NCBI GenBank assembly: GCA_900617105.1
Contig: UYFQ01000001.1
Span: 5,022,001 to 5,086,000, forward strand
DNA from: Hydrurus foetidus
Taxonomy: Eukaryota
Direction of reading: 5' to 3'
Length of the DNA stretch: 64,000 nt
The notes beneath the pieces are model-generated. The model did not search any database. It saw only the letters and a program-made list of their open reading frames with translations, and had not been told where the DNA came from. The translations under genes and the position numbers were made by a program. The number at the start of each line of letters is the position of its first letter. The stretch's first letter is position 1. Positions 31,896-41,647 of the stretch are shown in pieces.

Positions 31896-32894
31896 ATGGA
31901 ATTTAAAGACTATTACCTGGTCATGGGTGTAGAAAAAAGCGCGACGCCTGAAGACATCAAGCGTGCGCACCGCAAGTTGGCACGCAAGTACCACCCTGAC
32001 GTCAGCAAAGAAAAAGACGCTGAAGCCAGGTTCAAGGAACTGGCCGAGGCGTACGACGTACTGAAAGACCCCGAAAAACGAGCCGCTTACGACCGGCTGG
32101 GTGCCAACTACAAAGCTGGGCAAGACTTTCAACCGCCGCCCGATTGGGCTGGGCGCCAGGGCGAACGTGGCAGTTATTCGCAAAGTTTTAACGACGGCGA
32201 CGAGGGCGGCCAAGACCACAGCGCCTTTTTCGACGCATTGTTTCGCGGCATGGGGCGAGGCCAAGGCGCCGGCCAGCAGCGCAGCCATGAAGCGTTTGAC
32301 ATGCACGGGCAAGACCAGCACGCCAAAATTCAGATCGCCATTGAAGACTCTTACCAAGGTGCCACGCGCACGCTGCAACTGCGCGTGCAAACCCAGGGCG
32401 CAGATGGCCGCCCCCGCCTGGAAGACCGCACGGTTGAATTTGTTATTCCCAAAGGCATTCGCGCTGGCCAGCACATACGCCTCGCCGCCCAGGGTGGGCC
32501 GGGTATGGGCAACGGCAGCCCGGGTGACTTGTACCTTGACGTTGAAATGTTGCCGCACCTGCTTTACCGCACGGAAGGCCACGACGTCATGATGGAACTG
32601 CCGGTTGCCCCGTGGGAAGCAGCCCTTGGCGCGGAGGTGGTGGCCCCCACGCCCACAGGCCAGGTCGAAGTCAAAATTCCGGTGGGCTCGGTAGCTGGCC
32701 GAAAACTGCGGGTCAAGGGGCGCGGGCTGCCGGGTAAAACGCCAGGCGACTTCTACTTTGTTTTGAAAATAACGCAGCCTTTGCCCAGCACAGAAGCTGA
32801 CAAAAAAGCTTATGCAGACTTTGAAAGCGCTTACCCCAGCTTCAACCCCCGTGCCGAGCTTGAAGCCGCTGAAAAAACATTGGCAAACCATTGA
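31896..32894 (+). CDS. cbpA: curved DNA-binding DnaJ homologue CbpA
   Basis: MEFKDYY, HPD, no Zn finger, PWEAALG; followed by cbpM. Confidence 0.9.
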   Translation: MEFKDYYLVMGVEKSATPEDIKRAHRKLARKYHPDVSKEKDAEARFKELAEAYDVLKDPEKRAAYDRLGANYKAGQDFQPPPDWAGRQGERGSYSQSFNDGDEGGQDHSAFFDALFRGMGRGQGAGQQRSHEAFDMHGQDQHAKIQIAIEDSYQGATRTLQLRVQTQGADGRPRLEDRTVEFVIPKGIRAGQHIRLAAQGGPGMGNGSPGDLYLDVEMLPHLLYRTEGHDVMMELPVAPWEAALGAEVVAPTPTGQVEVKIPVGSVAGRKLRVKGRGLPGKTPGDFYFVLKITQPLPSTEADKKAYADFESAYPSFNPRAELEAAEKTLANH

Positions 32895-32906
32895 GGCAGA
32901 CAAGCC

Positions 32907-33245
32907 ATGCAACCTAATTTCATAATCAAACAGTCACTGCTTGATACCAGTGTGGTGCTGGAAGAAATCACCGAACTGACGTTTGACGATTTGTGCCGCG
33001 CCTGCAGCGCACAAGCCGATATCGTTGTTGAGCTGATCACTGAAGGCGTGATTGAGATCGCGTTTATTGAGCAAGGCCAACCACAAGAAGACTGGCGCTT
33101 TACTGGCGTGCACTTGCAGCGCGCTAAAGTTGCCATGCGCCTGCACCGCGATTTGGGCGTCAACTTTGCAGGTGCTGCGCTGGCGCTGCAGCTGATGGAC
33201 GAGCTAAATGCGCTGAGAGAAAAACTGCGCAGCGTTGCTATATAA
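32907..33245 (+). CDS. cbpM: chaperone modulator CbpM
   Basis: RLHRDLGVNFAGAALAL; adjacent to cbpA. Confidence 0.88.
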   Translation: MQPNFIIKQSLLDTSVVLEEITELTFDDLCRACSAQADIVVELITEGVIEIAFIEQGQPQEDWRFTGVHLQRAKVAMRLHRDLGVNFAGAALALQLMDELNALREKLRSVAI

Positions 33246-33377
33246 AAAAGAGCTGCTCGCGCCCGTATTTATTGGCTTACAGGGCTTTTTTGTGCTGAAG
33301 TGGCGATCTACAGCATACGTGGTAAAACAGCCTTAAGGCCAATAAATACGGGCGCGAGCAGCTATGAATTTAATAGT
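33237..33377. repeat. inverted pair of REP-like elements (copies 6 and 7)
   Basis: AGCTGCTCGCGCCCGTATTTATTGGC ... GCCAATAAATACGGGCGCGAGCAGCT. Confidence 0.9.
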
Positions 33378-34119
33378 AAAAAGCGGATTTGTGTTTGATA
33401 TTTTCAAGCTGGCTTTGTACATCGCGTGCAGCTACCTGGCACTTTTCGTTTACGCACGCCGTTTTCAGACCCGCTGGGTGACGCAATTGGCCAACAAACG
33501 ATTTGCAATATTGACCCTGTTCACGCTGCTCATCGTGGCGGTAAAGGTTTTTGAAGATGTGGTCAGCAAAGAGTCGGGCCCGGTTGACGTGGCTTTGCTT
33601 CGGTACCTTCAGCAGATAGTCCCGCCCGAGATGGGCACATTTTTCAACCTGATCACATTAACTGGTGCGGCCAAGTTTTTAGTGCCCGCAACGCTTATGT
33701 TGTCGATCTTGTTTTACGTCACGCAGCACCGCGGGCAGGCAATTTTGCTGGCAGCATCTATGGCTACCGGCGCGGCCTTGACTTACACCGTGAAATTACT
33801 GGTCGGCCGCTCACGGCCTGAATTGTGGAGCAGCACTTGGTATTGGGGCTCCAGCTTTCCGAGTGGCCACACGCTAAGCACCGCTGCGTTTGCTACCGCC
33901 CTCACCATTTGCACCGCGCAAATTTGGCCCAAGTCGCGTTACTTCGCCCTGCCCCTGGCAGTTGCTTGGGTAGCTTTGATGGGCTTGTCCCGCCTGGTGC
34001 TGGGCGTGCATTGGCCCACTGATGTGCTGGCCGCCATTTGCGTTGGGGTGTTCATACCGCTGGCAATGACGCTAGCTGTCAGTCGGTTGGTGTTTAAAGA
34101 TGACAAGCCATGGGTCTAA
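33364..34119 (+). CDS. PAP2-family phosphatase (start uncertain; GTG 33391 possible)
   Basis: K..VGRSRP, SFPSGH, SRLVLGVHWPTDV. Confidence 0.88.
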   Translation: MNLIVKSGFVFDIFKLALYIACSYLALFVYARRFQTRWVTQLANKRFAILTLFTLLIVAVKVFEDVVSKESGPVDVALLRYLQQIVPPEMGTFFNLITLTGAAKFLVPATLMLSILFYVTQHRGQAILLAASMATGAALTYTVKLLVGRSRPELWSSTWYWGSSFPSGHTLSTAAFATALTICTAQIWPKSRYFALPLAVAWVALMGLSRLVLGVHWPTDVLAAICVGVFIPLAMTLAVSRLVFKDDKPWV

Positions 34120-34211
34120 TAGATGACAGCTAAAAGAGAAAAGCAAGATAAGCTGATCGGCAGATGTTGCTTGCCGCCCCTTCAAATTTTTAATTTACGG
34201 AGATTTAATTG

Positions 34212-35219
34212 ATGCAATACCGCCGCCTCGGCCACAGTGGCCTTCAAGTAAGCGAGCTTTCATTAGGCTCATGGGTCACCTACGCCAATCAGGTCAATTT
34301 CAAGCAGGCCAAAGAAATGCTGGCCGTTGCCATGGACAGCGGCATCAATTTTTTTGACAACGCTGAGGCTTACGCAAGCGGGCAGAGTGAAGAAGTCATG
34401 GGCGATGCCATCAAAGCGCTCAAGTGGCCACGCCTGAATTACATCGTGTCAACCAAGTTTTACTGGGGTCTGGCCGAGCCTGAAGGCAAAGGAAAATCAA
34501 AAGCGGCAACCCAACCTATCAACCGCAAAAACACCCTGAACCGCAAGTACCTGATGCAGGCGATTGACGGCTCGCTCAAACGCATGGGCCTCGACTTTAT
34601 TGACCTGGTGTATTGCCACCGGCCCGATGCACAAACGCCCATTGAAGAAACTGTGCACGCCATGAGCGACATGATCACGCACGGCAAGGCGCTGTACTGG
34701 GGTACCAGTGAATGGTCAGCCGATGAGATTCGCGCAGCCTGGTGCATTGCCGACAAGCACCATTTGCACAAACCCGTGATGGAGCAGCCGCAGTACAACC
34801 TGTTTCACCGCGACCGTGTCGAGGTTCAATACGCCCGACTGTATGAAGACATCGGCCTGGGCCTGACGACCTGGAGCCCGCTGGCGAGTGGCTTGTTGAC
34901 TGGTAAGTACCGCAACGGCGTACCCAAGGGCAGCCGGGGGGCGCGAAAAGACATGGGCTTTTTACTGAAGAGCCTGACCGACGATGCCAAGAACGCTGCA
35001 GTTGCTCAGTTTGAAGTTATTGCCGACGAACTTGATTGCAGCATGGGGCAACTGGCTATTGCCTGGGCGGCACGCAATCCGCATGTCAGCACTGTTATCA
35101 CGGGCGCGTCCAAAATTGAGCAGCTCAAAGACAACTTGGGCGCGGTAGACGTGATACCCAAACTGACGCCAGAGATGATGGCGCAGATTGACAGCATCTC
35201 CAAGCCGTTGGCAAGCTGA
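34212..35219 (+). CDS. aldo/keto reductase (Kv-beta-like)
   Basis: [33 protein letters not shown]. Confidence 0.92.
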   Translation: MQYRRLGHSGLQVSELSLGSWVTYANQVNFKQAKEMLAVAMDSGINFFDNAEAYASGQSEEVMGDAIKALKWPRLNYIVSTKFYWGLAEPEGKGKSKAATQPINRKNTLNRKYLMQAIDGSLKRMGLDFIDLVYCHRPDAQTPIEETVHAMSDMITHGKALYWGTSEWSADEIRAAWCIADKHHLHKPVMEQPQYNLFHRDRVEVQYARLYEDIGLGLTTWSPLASGLLTGKYRNGVPKGSRGARKDMGFLLKSLTDDAKNAAVAQFEVIADELDCSMGQLAIAWAARNPHVSTVITGASKIEQLKDNLGAVDVIPKLTPEMMAQIDSISKPLAS

Positions 35220-35226
35220 TTCAATC

Positions 35227-35273
35227 GCTATGAATAGAGGGGCTTTTGCGCCCGTATTCGTTGGCCTAAAGGC
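35227..35273 (+). repeat. REP-like element copy 8 (degenerate)
   Basis: GCTATGAATAGAGGGGCTTTTGCGCCCGTATTCGTTGGCCT. Confidence 0.65.
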
Positions 35274-35317
35274 ACTTTCTACTTGTGATTTGCCTATTTT
35301 TATCCTTTTTAGCGTGT

Positions 35318-36007
35318 ATGAAGCACATTGAAGCCCACCGCACGCAGCGCATAGGTTGGCTTCGTGCAGCCGTGCTGGGCGCCAACGACGGGATTGTTTC
35401 AACCGCCAGTCTTTTGGTGGGCGTAGCCATGGCCAACGCCAGTCAGGCCAACGTTTTGATGACCGGCGTGGCGGCGCTGGTGGCAGGGGCGATGTCTATG
35501 GCCGCCGGTGAATATGTGTCGGTGCATTCGCAGGCCGATACCGAACAAGCTGACCTGGCGCGCGAAAAAGCCGAGCTAAGCAAAGACCCAGCGGCTGAGC
35601 TGCGTGAATTAGCCGCGATTTACGCGGCGCGTGGGCTCACAAAGGCGCTTGCCAGCGAGGTAGCAGTGCAATTGACGGCGCACGATGCGCTGGCCACGCA
35701 CTCGCGCGATGAACTGGGCATTTCCAGTGCTTTTAGCGCCAAGCCATTGCAGGCGGCGCTTTCGTCTGCGGCCAGCTTTGCGGTGGGTGCTGCGCTGCCA
35801 TTGGCCACAGCGGCATTGGCGCCTGCAAATGCGGTGGTGGTGTGGGTGGCCATTGCGTCACTGCTAAGCCTGGCCGGGTTGGGCGTAGTGGCAGCGCGCG
35901 CAGGCGGGGCAAGCGTGTTGACCAGTGTGTGGCGGGTTACTTTTTGGGGCGTACTGGCCATGGCGGCTACCGCCGGTGTGGGTTGGCTGTTTGGCACGTC
36001 GGCGTAG
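35318..36007 (+). CDS. VIT1/CCC1 family iron/manganese transporter
   Basis: WLRAAVLGANDGIVS, SMAAGEYVSV. Confidence 0.92.
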   Translation: MKHIEAHRTQRIGWLRAAVLGANDGIVSTASLLVGVAMANASQANVLMTGVAALVAGAMSMAAGEYVSVHSQADTEQADLAREKAELSKDPAAELRELAAIYAARGLTKALASEVAVQLTAHDALATHSRDELGISSAFSAKPLQAALSSAASFAVGAALPLATAALAPANAVVVWVAIASLLSLAGLGVVAARAGGASVLTSVWRVTFWGVLAMAATAGVGWLFGTSA

Positions 36008-36024
36008 CATTATTAGCGCCAAAC

Positions 36025-36038
36025 TTGATCTATATCAG
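36025..36038. promoter_or_regulatory. FNR-like box
   Basis: TTGAT-CTAT-ATCAG; TAACTT 22 nt downstream. Confidence 0.7.
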
Positions 36039-36072
36039 CACTTCATACCCCGGCTGTTGGTAACTTCAAGGC

Positions 36073-36972
36073 ATGAACAAAAAGGCAAAGACTGCCCTGA
36101 CAACGCTGCTGTGGGCGGCTGGGCTTATCGCCATCACGTGGCTCGCATTAGCGGGTTACGGCACTGCGCGCTGGAACGCCGCCACCACGCAGTTGCTTAA
36201 CCGCCTTGACGCGGCGCAGGTCCAGGCTGCGCCGCAGTTTTTTAACGCGGCAGAGCTTGAGGGCCTGCCAGCGCCCGTCAAGCGCTACTTTAAAACGGTG
36301 CTTAAAGACGGCCAGCCGATCATCACGGCGGCTACGGTGCAGCACAGCGGCACCTTCAACATGGGGGAGACCACTGACAACTGGAAGCCTTTTACGTCTA
36401 CCCAGCGCATAGTTACACGACGCCCAGCGTTTGACTGGGACGCGCGGGTAAAGATGTTTCCCGGCGTCGCCGCCCACATTCATGATTCCTATATCGCGGG
36501 ATCAGGGCTGTTGAAAGTAGCCATTTTGGGATGGATACCCGTCGCAGATCTGCCGGCAACTGCTGATCTTTCCAGAGGCGAGTTCATGCGGTTTTGCGTT
36601 GAAGCGGCGTGGTACCCCACCGCCCTGCTGCCGTCGCAAGGTGTCGTGTGGCAAGCCGTTGACGCGCAAACTGCCAACGCTACCTTTTCTGATAGCGACA
36701 TCAAAGTGGCTTTGACATTTACTTTTTCTGCCAATGGCTTGATCGACACAGTGCGCGCTGAATCGCACGGTCGGCTGGTGGGCAGCGTGATCACCCAAGC
36801 GCCGGGGCAAGGCCACTTCTGGAACTACGCCGAGCGCAGTGGCATGTGGGTGCCGCTTGAATCAGAAGTCGCCTGGGTGTTGCCAGACGGCCCAAAAACC
36901 TACTACCGCAGCTTGATGACAGCTGCCAAATACGAATTTTCAGCGCCTGCCAGGCAAGGGACCTCACCATGA
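36073..36972 (+). CDS. membrane-anchored conserved protein (DUF6544-like)
   Basis: N-terminal TM; LPAPVKRY, WKPF, EAAWYPTALLP. Confidence 0.7.
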   Translation: MNKKAKTALTTLLWAAGLIAITWLALAGYGTARWNAATTQLLNRLDAAQVQAAPQFFNAAELEGLPAPVKRYFKTVLKDGQPIITAATVQHSGTFNMGETTDNWKPFTSTQRIVTRRPAFDWDARVKMFPGVAAHIHDSYIAGSGLLKVAILGWIPVADLPATADLSRGEFMRFCVEAAWYPTALLPSQGVVWQAVDAQTANATFSDSDIKVALTFTFSANGLIDTVRAESHGRLVGSVITQAPGQGHFWNYAERSGMWVPLESEVAWVLPDGPKTYYRSLMTAAKYEFSAPARQGTSP

Positions 36973-38072
36973 TGACCCGACAACAATTTATTCGCGGTGG
37001 CGCTGCACTGGCAGCGACGCCTATGGGTCTGCAAGTGTGTGCGCCAGCAGTCGGGCCGGGAAGTTACGAAGAAGCAGTGAGGCAAACCTGGCGGCCTTCC
37101 GACGGTACATTCGAGAACGATCAGGCGTTAAAGCAAGAGCTGGTTCGCTACGCCACACTGGCGCCCACCAGCCACAACACCCAGGCGTGGAAATTTCGCA
37201 TTGAGCAACACGGCATTTCCATCTCGCCCGATTTCGCGCGCCGCACACCCGTGGTGGACCCGGACGATCACCACCTGTTCGTGACACTCGGCTGCGCACT
37301 TGAAAACATGGCGCAATCGTCCCTCGCGTTTGGCCTGCAAAGTAGCGCGCAATTCGATGCAGCAAACGATCTGCTGAACGTCAAGCTGGAGCCAGCCAAA
37401 GCGCTGGCGTCGCCGCTGTTTAAGGCAATACCCGAGCGGCAGTGCACGCGCGCCGTTTATGACGGCCAGCCATTGTCAACCGCAGAATTTAAAGCGCTTG
37501 AAAGCGCAGGCAGCGGCAGTGGCGTTCGCGTCATGCTGCTAACTGCAAGAGCCGAGATGGAGAAAATTCTTGCGCTGGTCCTTGAAGGCAACACCGCGCA
37601 AATGCAAGACGCTGCATTTGTAAGAGAGCTTAAACACTGGCTACGTTTTAGCGGCAGCCAGGCAGTTGAAACGCGTGATGGTTTGTACAGCGCGTCTTCT
37701 GGCAATCCTTCAATGCCCCCATGGCTGGGCAGCTTTATGTTCGACTGGATGTTCAAAGCCAAAAGCGAAAACGACAAGTACGCCGAGCAAATACGCAGCT
37801 CGTCAGGTATTGCGGTTTTTGTGTCTAGCGTGGACGACAAAGCGCACTGGATTGAAGCAGGCCGCTGTTACGAGCGCTTTGCGCTGCAAGCCACCAGCAT
37901 GGGCATTCGAAACGCGATGGTGAACCAGGCTGTAGAAGTGCCCGCCGTGCGGCAACAACTGGCTGGGTTACTTGGGCTTAGCGGCGGCAGGGCCGACCTG
38001 GTCGTGCGCTTTGGGCGCGGCACACGCCTGCCGCAGTCTTTGCGTCGTGATGTGAAAAGCGTTTTGATCTGA
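36969..38072 (+). CDS. Acg-family FMN-binding nitroreductase-like protein
   Basis: ATLAPTSHNTQAWKF, LGCALEN, R..FGRG...RR. Confidence 0.85.
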   Translation: MMTRQQFIRGGAALAATPMGLQVCAPAVGPGSYEEAVRQTWRPSDGTFENDQALKQELVRYATLAPTSHNTQAWKFRIEQHGISISPDFARRTPVVDPDDHHLFVTLGCALENMAQSSLAFGLQSSAQFDAANDLLNVKLEPAKALASPLFKAIPERQCTRAVYDGQPLSTAEFKALESAGSGSGVRVMLLTARAEMEKILALVLEGNTAQMQDAAFVRELKHWLRFSGSQAVETRDGLYSASSGNPSMPPWLGSFMFDWMFKAKSENDKYAEQIRSSSGIAVFVSSVDDKAHWIEAGRCYERFALQATSMGIRNAMVNQAVEVPAVRQQLAGLLGLSGGRADLVVRFGRGTRLPQSLRRDVKSVLI

Positions 38073-38081
38073 CTGCGACTT

Positions 38082-38128
38082 GATATGAATTTAATAGCTG
38101 CTCGCGCCCGTACTTATTGGGCTAGAAG
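38082..38128 (+). repeat. REP-like element copy 9
   Basis: ATAGCTGCTCGCGCCCGTACTTATTGGGCTAG. Confidence 0.88.
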
Positions 38129-38200
38129 CGCATTTGACCACTAAAAATCGCTAAATATGACTCCCTGAGACATCTTGGCACTAGGATCGCAGCCTAAGCA

Positions 38201-38236
38201 ACTGAAGCCACTGAAACCACTTAAGCCACTTGAACC
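38201..38236. repeat. imperfect 9-bp tandem repeat (ACTGAAGCC x4)
   Basis: actgaagcc actgaaacc acttaagcc acttgaacc. Confidence 0.65.
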
Positions 38237-38241
38237 TGGAT

Positions 38242-39759
38242 TTACGCAAACAAGGCTTTGTACTGGTCTCGCAGCAAGTTCTTTTGTACCTTGCCCATGG
38301 TGTTGCGCGGGAGTTCTTGCACAACAAAGCAGTGCTTGGGAATTTTAAAGTTGGCAAGCTTTGACTTCAAACTCGCTACTACCGAATCAGCTTGCACATT
38401 GGCGCCTGTTTTAGCGATTACCACTGCCACCCCCACTTCGCCAAAGTCCGGGTGCGGCACGCCGACCAGTGCGCTCTCGGCCACGCCCGGCAAGTCGTTG
38501 ATGTAGCCTTCAATTTCTGCGGGGTACACGTTGTAGCCGCCGCTGATGATGAGGTCTTTGCTGCGGCCAACAATGGTGATGTAGCCTTGGCTGTCGATTT
38601 TGCCAACGTCGCCCGTTTTGAAAAATCCGTCTGGCGTGAATTCTTCTTTGGTTTTCTCTGTCATGCGCCAATAGCCCTTAAAAACGTTCGGGCCTTTGAC
38701 TTCTATGCCGCCAATCTCGCCTGCCGAAAGAGCTACTCCATCATCGCCCTGCACTCGCAAACTAACGCCGGGCAGCGCAAAGCCGACGGTGCCGCCTCGC
38801 CGTTCGCCTTTGTAGGGGTTAGACGTCAGCATGGCGGTCTCAGACATGCCGTAGCGCTCCAAAATGGTGTGCCCCGTCTTGCTTTGCCATTCGTTGAAGG
38901 TTTCAATTAGCAATGGCGCAGAGCCGGCCACGAACAGCCGCATATTGCGCACGGCGTTTTTGTCTAGCCCCGGCTCGTTTAGCAGGCGCACATACAGCGT
39001 GGGCACGCCCATGAACACGGTGGCTTCTGGCAGCTTTTTAAGCACTAAAGCGGGGTCAAACTTGGCCAGCCAAATCATTTTGCTGCCGTTGATCAACGCG
39101 CCATGCAGCGCCACAAACAGGCCGTGCACGTGAAATATCGGCAGCGCATGAATCAGCACATCGCCTGGCTGCCACGCCCAGTAGTCCTTCAAAACCAGCG
39201 CATTGCTCAGCATGTTGCCGTGTGACAACATCGCGCCTTTGCTGCGGCCAGTAGTGCCGCTGGTGTACAAAATAGCGGCCAGGTCATCGGCGCTTTTTGT
39301 GGCAACCGCGTGCTGATCGCTGCAATGCGCAGCGCGTTCTAACAATGAGCCTTCTCGGTTCTCGCCTAATGTGAAAACGTTTTGCGTGCCCGCTTTAAAA
39401 GCAATTTTGCTGACCCAGCCAAAGTTCTTTTTGCTGCACACCACCACCGCTGGCTCGGCATTGCCAATGAAGTATTCAATCTCAGCGCTTTGGTAGGCGG
39501 TGTTGAGTGGCAAAAACACATAGCCTGCGCGCAGCGTTGCCAAGTACAGCAACATGGCTTCAACTGATTTTTCAACCTGCACGGCAACGCGTGCGCCTGC
39601 AGGCAGCTTGAGCGAAAGCAGCAAATTGGCCAACATGGCGGTAGCGCGTTCGATGTCGCGCCATGAATAGTTCAAGCCGTTGTCGGTTTCAACGGCAGTT
39701 GCGTCAAGATCGGCAGGAAAGGCAGCGCGCAGTGCAGCAAAAAGATTTTCGTTTTTCAT
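38242..39759 (-). CDS. matB: malonyl-CoA synthetase
   Basis: YTSGTTGRSKG, HALPIFHVHGLF, ERYGMSET, MGKVQK. Confidence 0.9.
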   Translation of the reverse strand: MKNENLFAALRAAFPADLDATAVETDNGLNYSWRDIERATAMLANLLLSLKLPAGARVAVQVEKSVEAMLLYLATLRAGYVFLPLNTAYQSAEIEYFIGNAEPAVVVCSKKNFGWVSKIAFKAGTQNVFTLGENREGSLLERAAHCSDQHAVATKSADDLAAILYTSGTTGRSKGAMLSHGNMLSNALVLKDYWAWQPGDVLIHALPIFHVHGLFVALHGALINGSKMIWLAKFDPALVLKKLPEATVFMGVPTLYVRLLNEPGLDKNAVRNMRLFVAGSAPLLIETFNEWQSKTGHTILERYGMSETAMLTSNPYKGERRGGTVGFALPGVSLRVQGDDGVALSAGEIGGIEVKGPNVFKGYWRMTEKTKEEFTPDGFFKTGDVGKIDSQGYITIVGRSKDLIISGGYNVYPAEIEGYINDLPGVAESALVGVPHPDFGEVGVAVVIAKTGANVQADSVVASLKSKLANFKIPKHCFVVQELPRNTMGKVQKNLLRDQYKALFA

Positions 39760-39767
39760 AGCTTTAT

Positions 39768-40541
39768 TCAAAACTTGGGTGGCCGCTTTTCAATGAAGGC
39801 GGTCACGCCCTCGCGGTGCTCGAAAGAGTCGGCATATTGGTAAGCATTTGCTACTAATTGCGTAGCTGCTTGCGCCCGTATTACTTGGGCTAGAGCCCTA
39901 AAAGACTGTTTATTCAAGGCTGCAGCATTGGGTGCAAGCTTGCAAATGCGGTCAACGTAGGTTTGCACGGCGGAGCGCAGTTCTGCAACGCTGCACAGCC
40001 GATTTAAAAATCCGCGCTGCAGCATGTGCTGCGCGTCCACGATGCTTGCGGCCAGCAGCATCTCGCGGGCAGTCAGCTCGCCGACTGCACCCATGACCAG
40101 CGCTGCCTCACGCGGCGCCATTGGAAAGCCGAGCTTGGCAATCGGTGCGCCAAAGCGCGCGCTGGTGCTGGCCAGGCGAATGTCGCAACAGCTGGCAATT
40201 TCTAAACCGGCGCCCATGCAGTTGCCTTCAATTTGCGCAATGACGGGCAAGTTGCAATCGAGCATGGCCTGCAAACCGCCCCACACGTCGCCTTCATGAA
40301 ATTCACGCAGCGACGCTTCGTTAAAACGAAAAGCCGCGTATTCTGAAATATCACCGCCCGCACTGAAGTGCCCGCCCTCGCCTGTCACCACCACGCAGCG
40401 AAGCGCCGGGTTTAAAGCGATGGATTCAAACGCCTCGCGCAGCTCGCGCCACATGGCGCGAGACATCGCATTCAGCTTGGACGGGTTTGACAACGTGACG
40501 CTGGCCACATGGCCAGCTGTGCTAACAATGATCGACGCCAT
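39768..40541 (-). CDS. enoyl-CoA hydratase/isomerase family
   Basis: FSAGGDI, GAGLEIASCCD, EGVTAFIEKR. Confidence 0.9.
   Translation of the reverse strand: MASIIVSTAGHVASVTLSNPSKLNAMSRAMWRELREAFESIALNPALRCVVVTGEGGHFSAGGDISEYAAFRFNEASLREFHEGDVWGGLQAMLDCNLPVIAQIEGNCMGAGLEIASCCDIRLASTSARFGAPIAKLGFPMAPREAALVMGAVGELTAREMLLAASIVDAQHMLQRGFLNRLCSVAELRSAVQTYVDRICKLAPNAAALNKQSFRALAQVIRAQAATQLVANAYQYADSFEHREGVTAFIEKRPPKF
39850..39897 (+). repeat. REP-like element copy 10, in-frame in the enoyl-CoA hydratase
   Basis: GTAGCTGCTTGCGCCCGTATTACTTGGGCTAGAGCC; encodes LAQVIRAQAATQLVA. Confidence 0.85.
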
Positions 40542-41539
40542 CAGTCGAGCTTGGCCCCCGCTGTTTTGACCACAGCCGCCCAGCGCTTGACTTCACTGCT
40601 GACAAAAGCGCCAAACTGCGGCGGCGTGAAGCTGCCAAACTCGGCGCCGTTGCTGGCCCAAATGGCTTTGAGCTCGTCTGACGCAGCTGCCTTGCGCATC
40701 TCTTCCACCACGCGGGTTTGCACATCTGCCGGTGTGCCTTTGGGCGCCCAAATGCCGTACCAGGTGGTTACGGTGTAGTCTGGCAAACCCAGCTCGGCCG
40801 CGCAAGGCACGTCCGGGAATGCCGGGTTGCGTTTGGGGCCAGACACCAGCAACGCCTTCACGCGGCCACTTTTAATGTGCGTGCTGGACGAGCCGAGGCC
40901 GTCAAACATCATGTCGACTTGCCCGCCCACCAAATCGCGCAGCGAAGGGCCAGCGCCGGTGTAAGGAATGTGCGTAATAAACGTTTTGGTTTGCTGCTTG
41001 AACAGCTCGCCCGCCAAGTGGTGCGAGGTACCTGCGCCCGCCGAGCCGTAGTTGTACTTGCCCGGCGCTTTGCGCACCGCTTCAAGAAAATCTTTGAAAT
41101 TGGCATACGGCATGTTTTTCGGGTTAACGACCAGCACCTGCGGCACGTTAGCAATTAACGTCAGCGGTATAAAGTCTTTTTCAATGTCGTAGTCAAGCCG
41201 GGGGTACATCGACGGCGCAATCGAATGGTGCACTGCCCCCATGAACAGTGTGTAGCCGTCAGGTGCGGCTTTTGACGCAATGCTTGCGCCTACTGTGCCG
41301 CCTGCACCGCCGCGGTTGTCAATCACCAACGCCTTGCCGGTGATTTTGCCGAACTGCGCCGACAGTGGCCGCGCAAAGGCGTCAGTGCCGCCGCCCGCCG
41401 GAAACGGCACGACCAAATTGACGGGCTTCGCTGGCCACGTAGATTGTGCGTGGCTGCCAAGTGCAATGAATGCCGCGCTGGCTGACGCCGCTCGAAGTAC
41501 GCCGCGCCGCGCAAGCGGTAGTGAAAAATTAATCGTCAT
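40541..41539 (-). CDS. Bug/TctC tripartite tricarboxylate transporter substrate-binding protein
   Basis: VPFPAGGGTD, APDGYTL, YGSAGAG. Confidence 0.92.
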   Translation of the reverse strand: MTINFSLPLARRGVLRAASASAAFIALGSHAQSTWPAKPVNLVVPFPAGGGTDAFARPLSAQFGKITGKALVIDNRGGAGGTVGASIASKAAPDGYTLFMGAVHHSIAPSMYPRLDYDIEKDFIPLTLIANVPQVLVVNPKNMPYANFKDFLEAVRKAPGKYNYGSAGAGTSHHLAGELFKQQTKTFITHIPYTGAGPSLRDLVGGQVDMMFDGLGSSSTHIKSGRVKALLVSGPKRNPAFPDVPCAAELGLPDYTVTTWYGIWAPKGTPADVQTRVVEEMRKAAASDELKAIWASNGAEFGSFTPPQFGAFVSSEVKRWAAVVKTAGAKLD

Positions 41540-41647
41540 AACGTCTCCTGTTGTTATCACTGTCAAAACCATCAAATCTGTCGAATTTGCAAAATCTGTC
41601 GAAACTGCTCACATTGTCTGGTTAGCTTGTAAAGCCTTGGTGCCTGG

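Noticed and set aside
31839..32912. 357-aa antisense ORF
   Set aside because: Shadow of cbpA with no recognisable motifs; the same applies to many other antisense ORFs in this GC-rich DNA.
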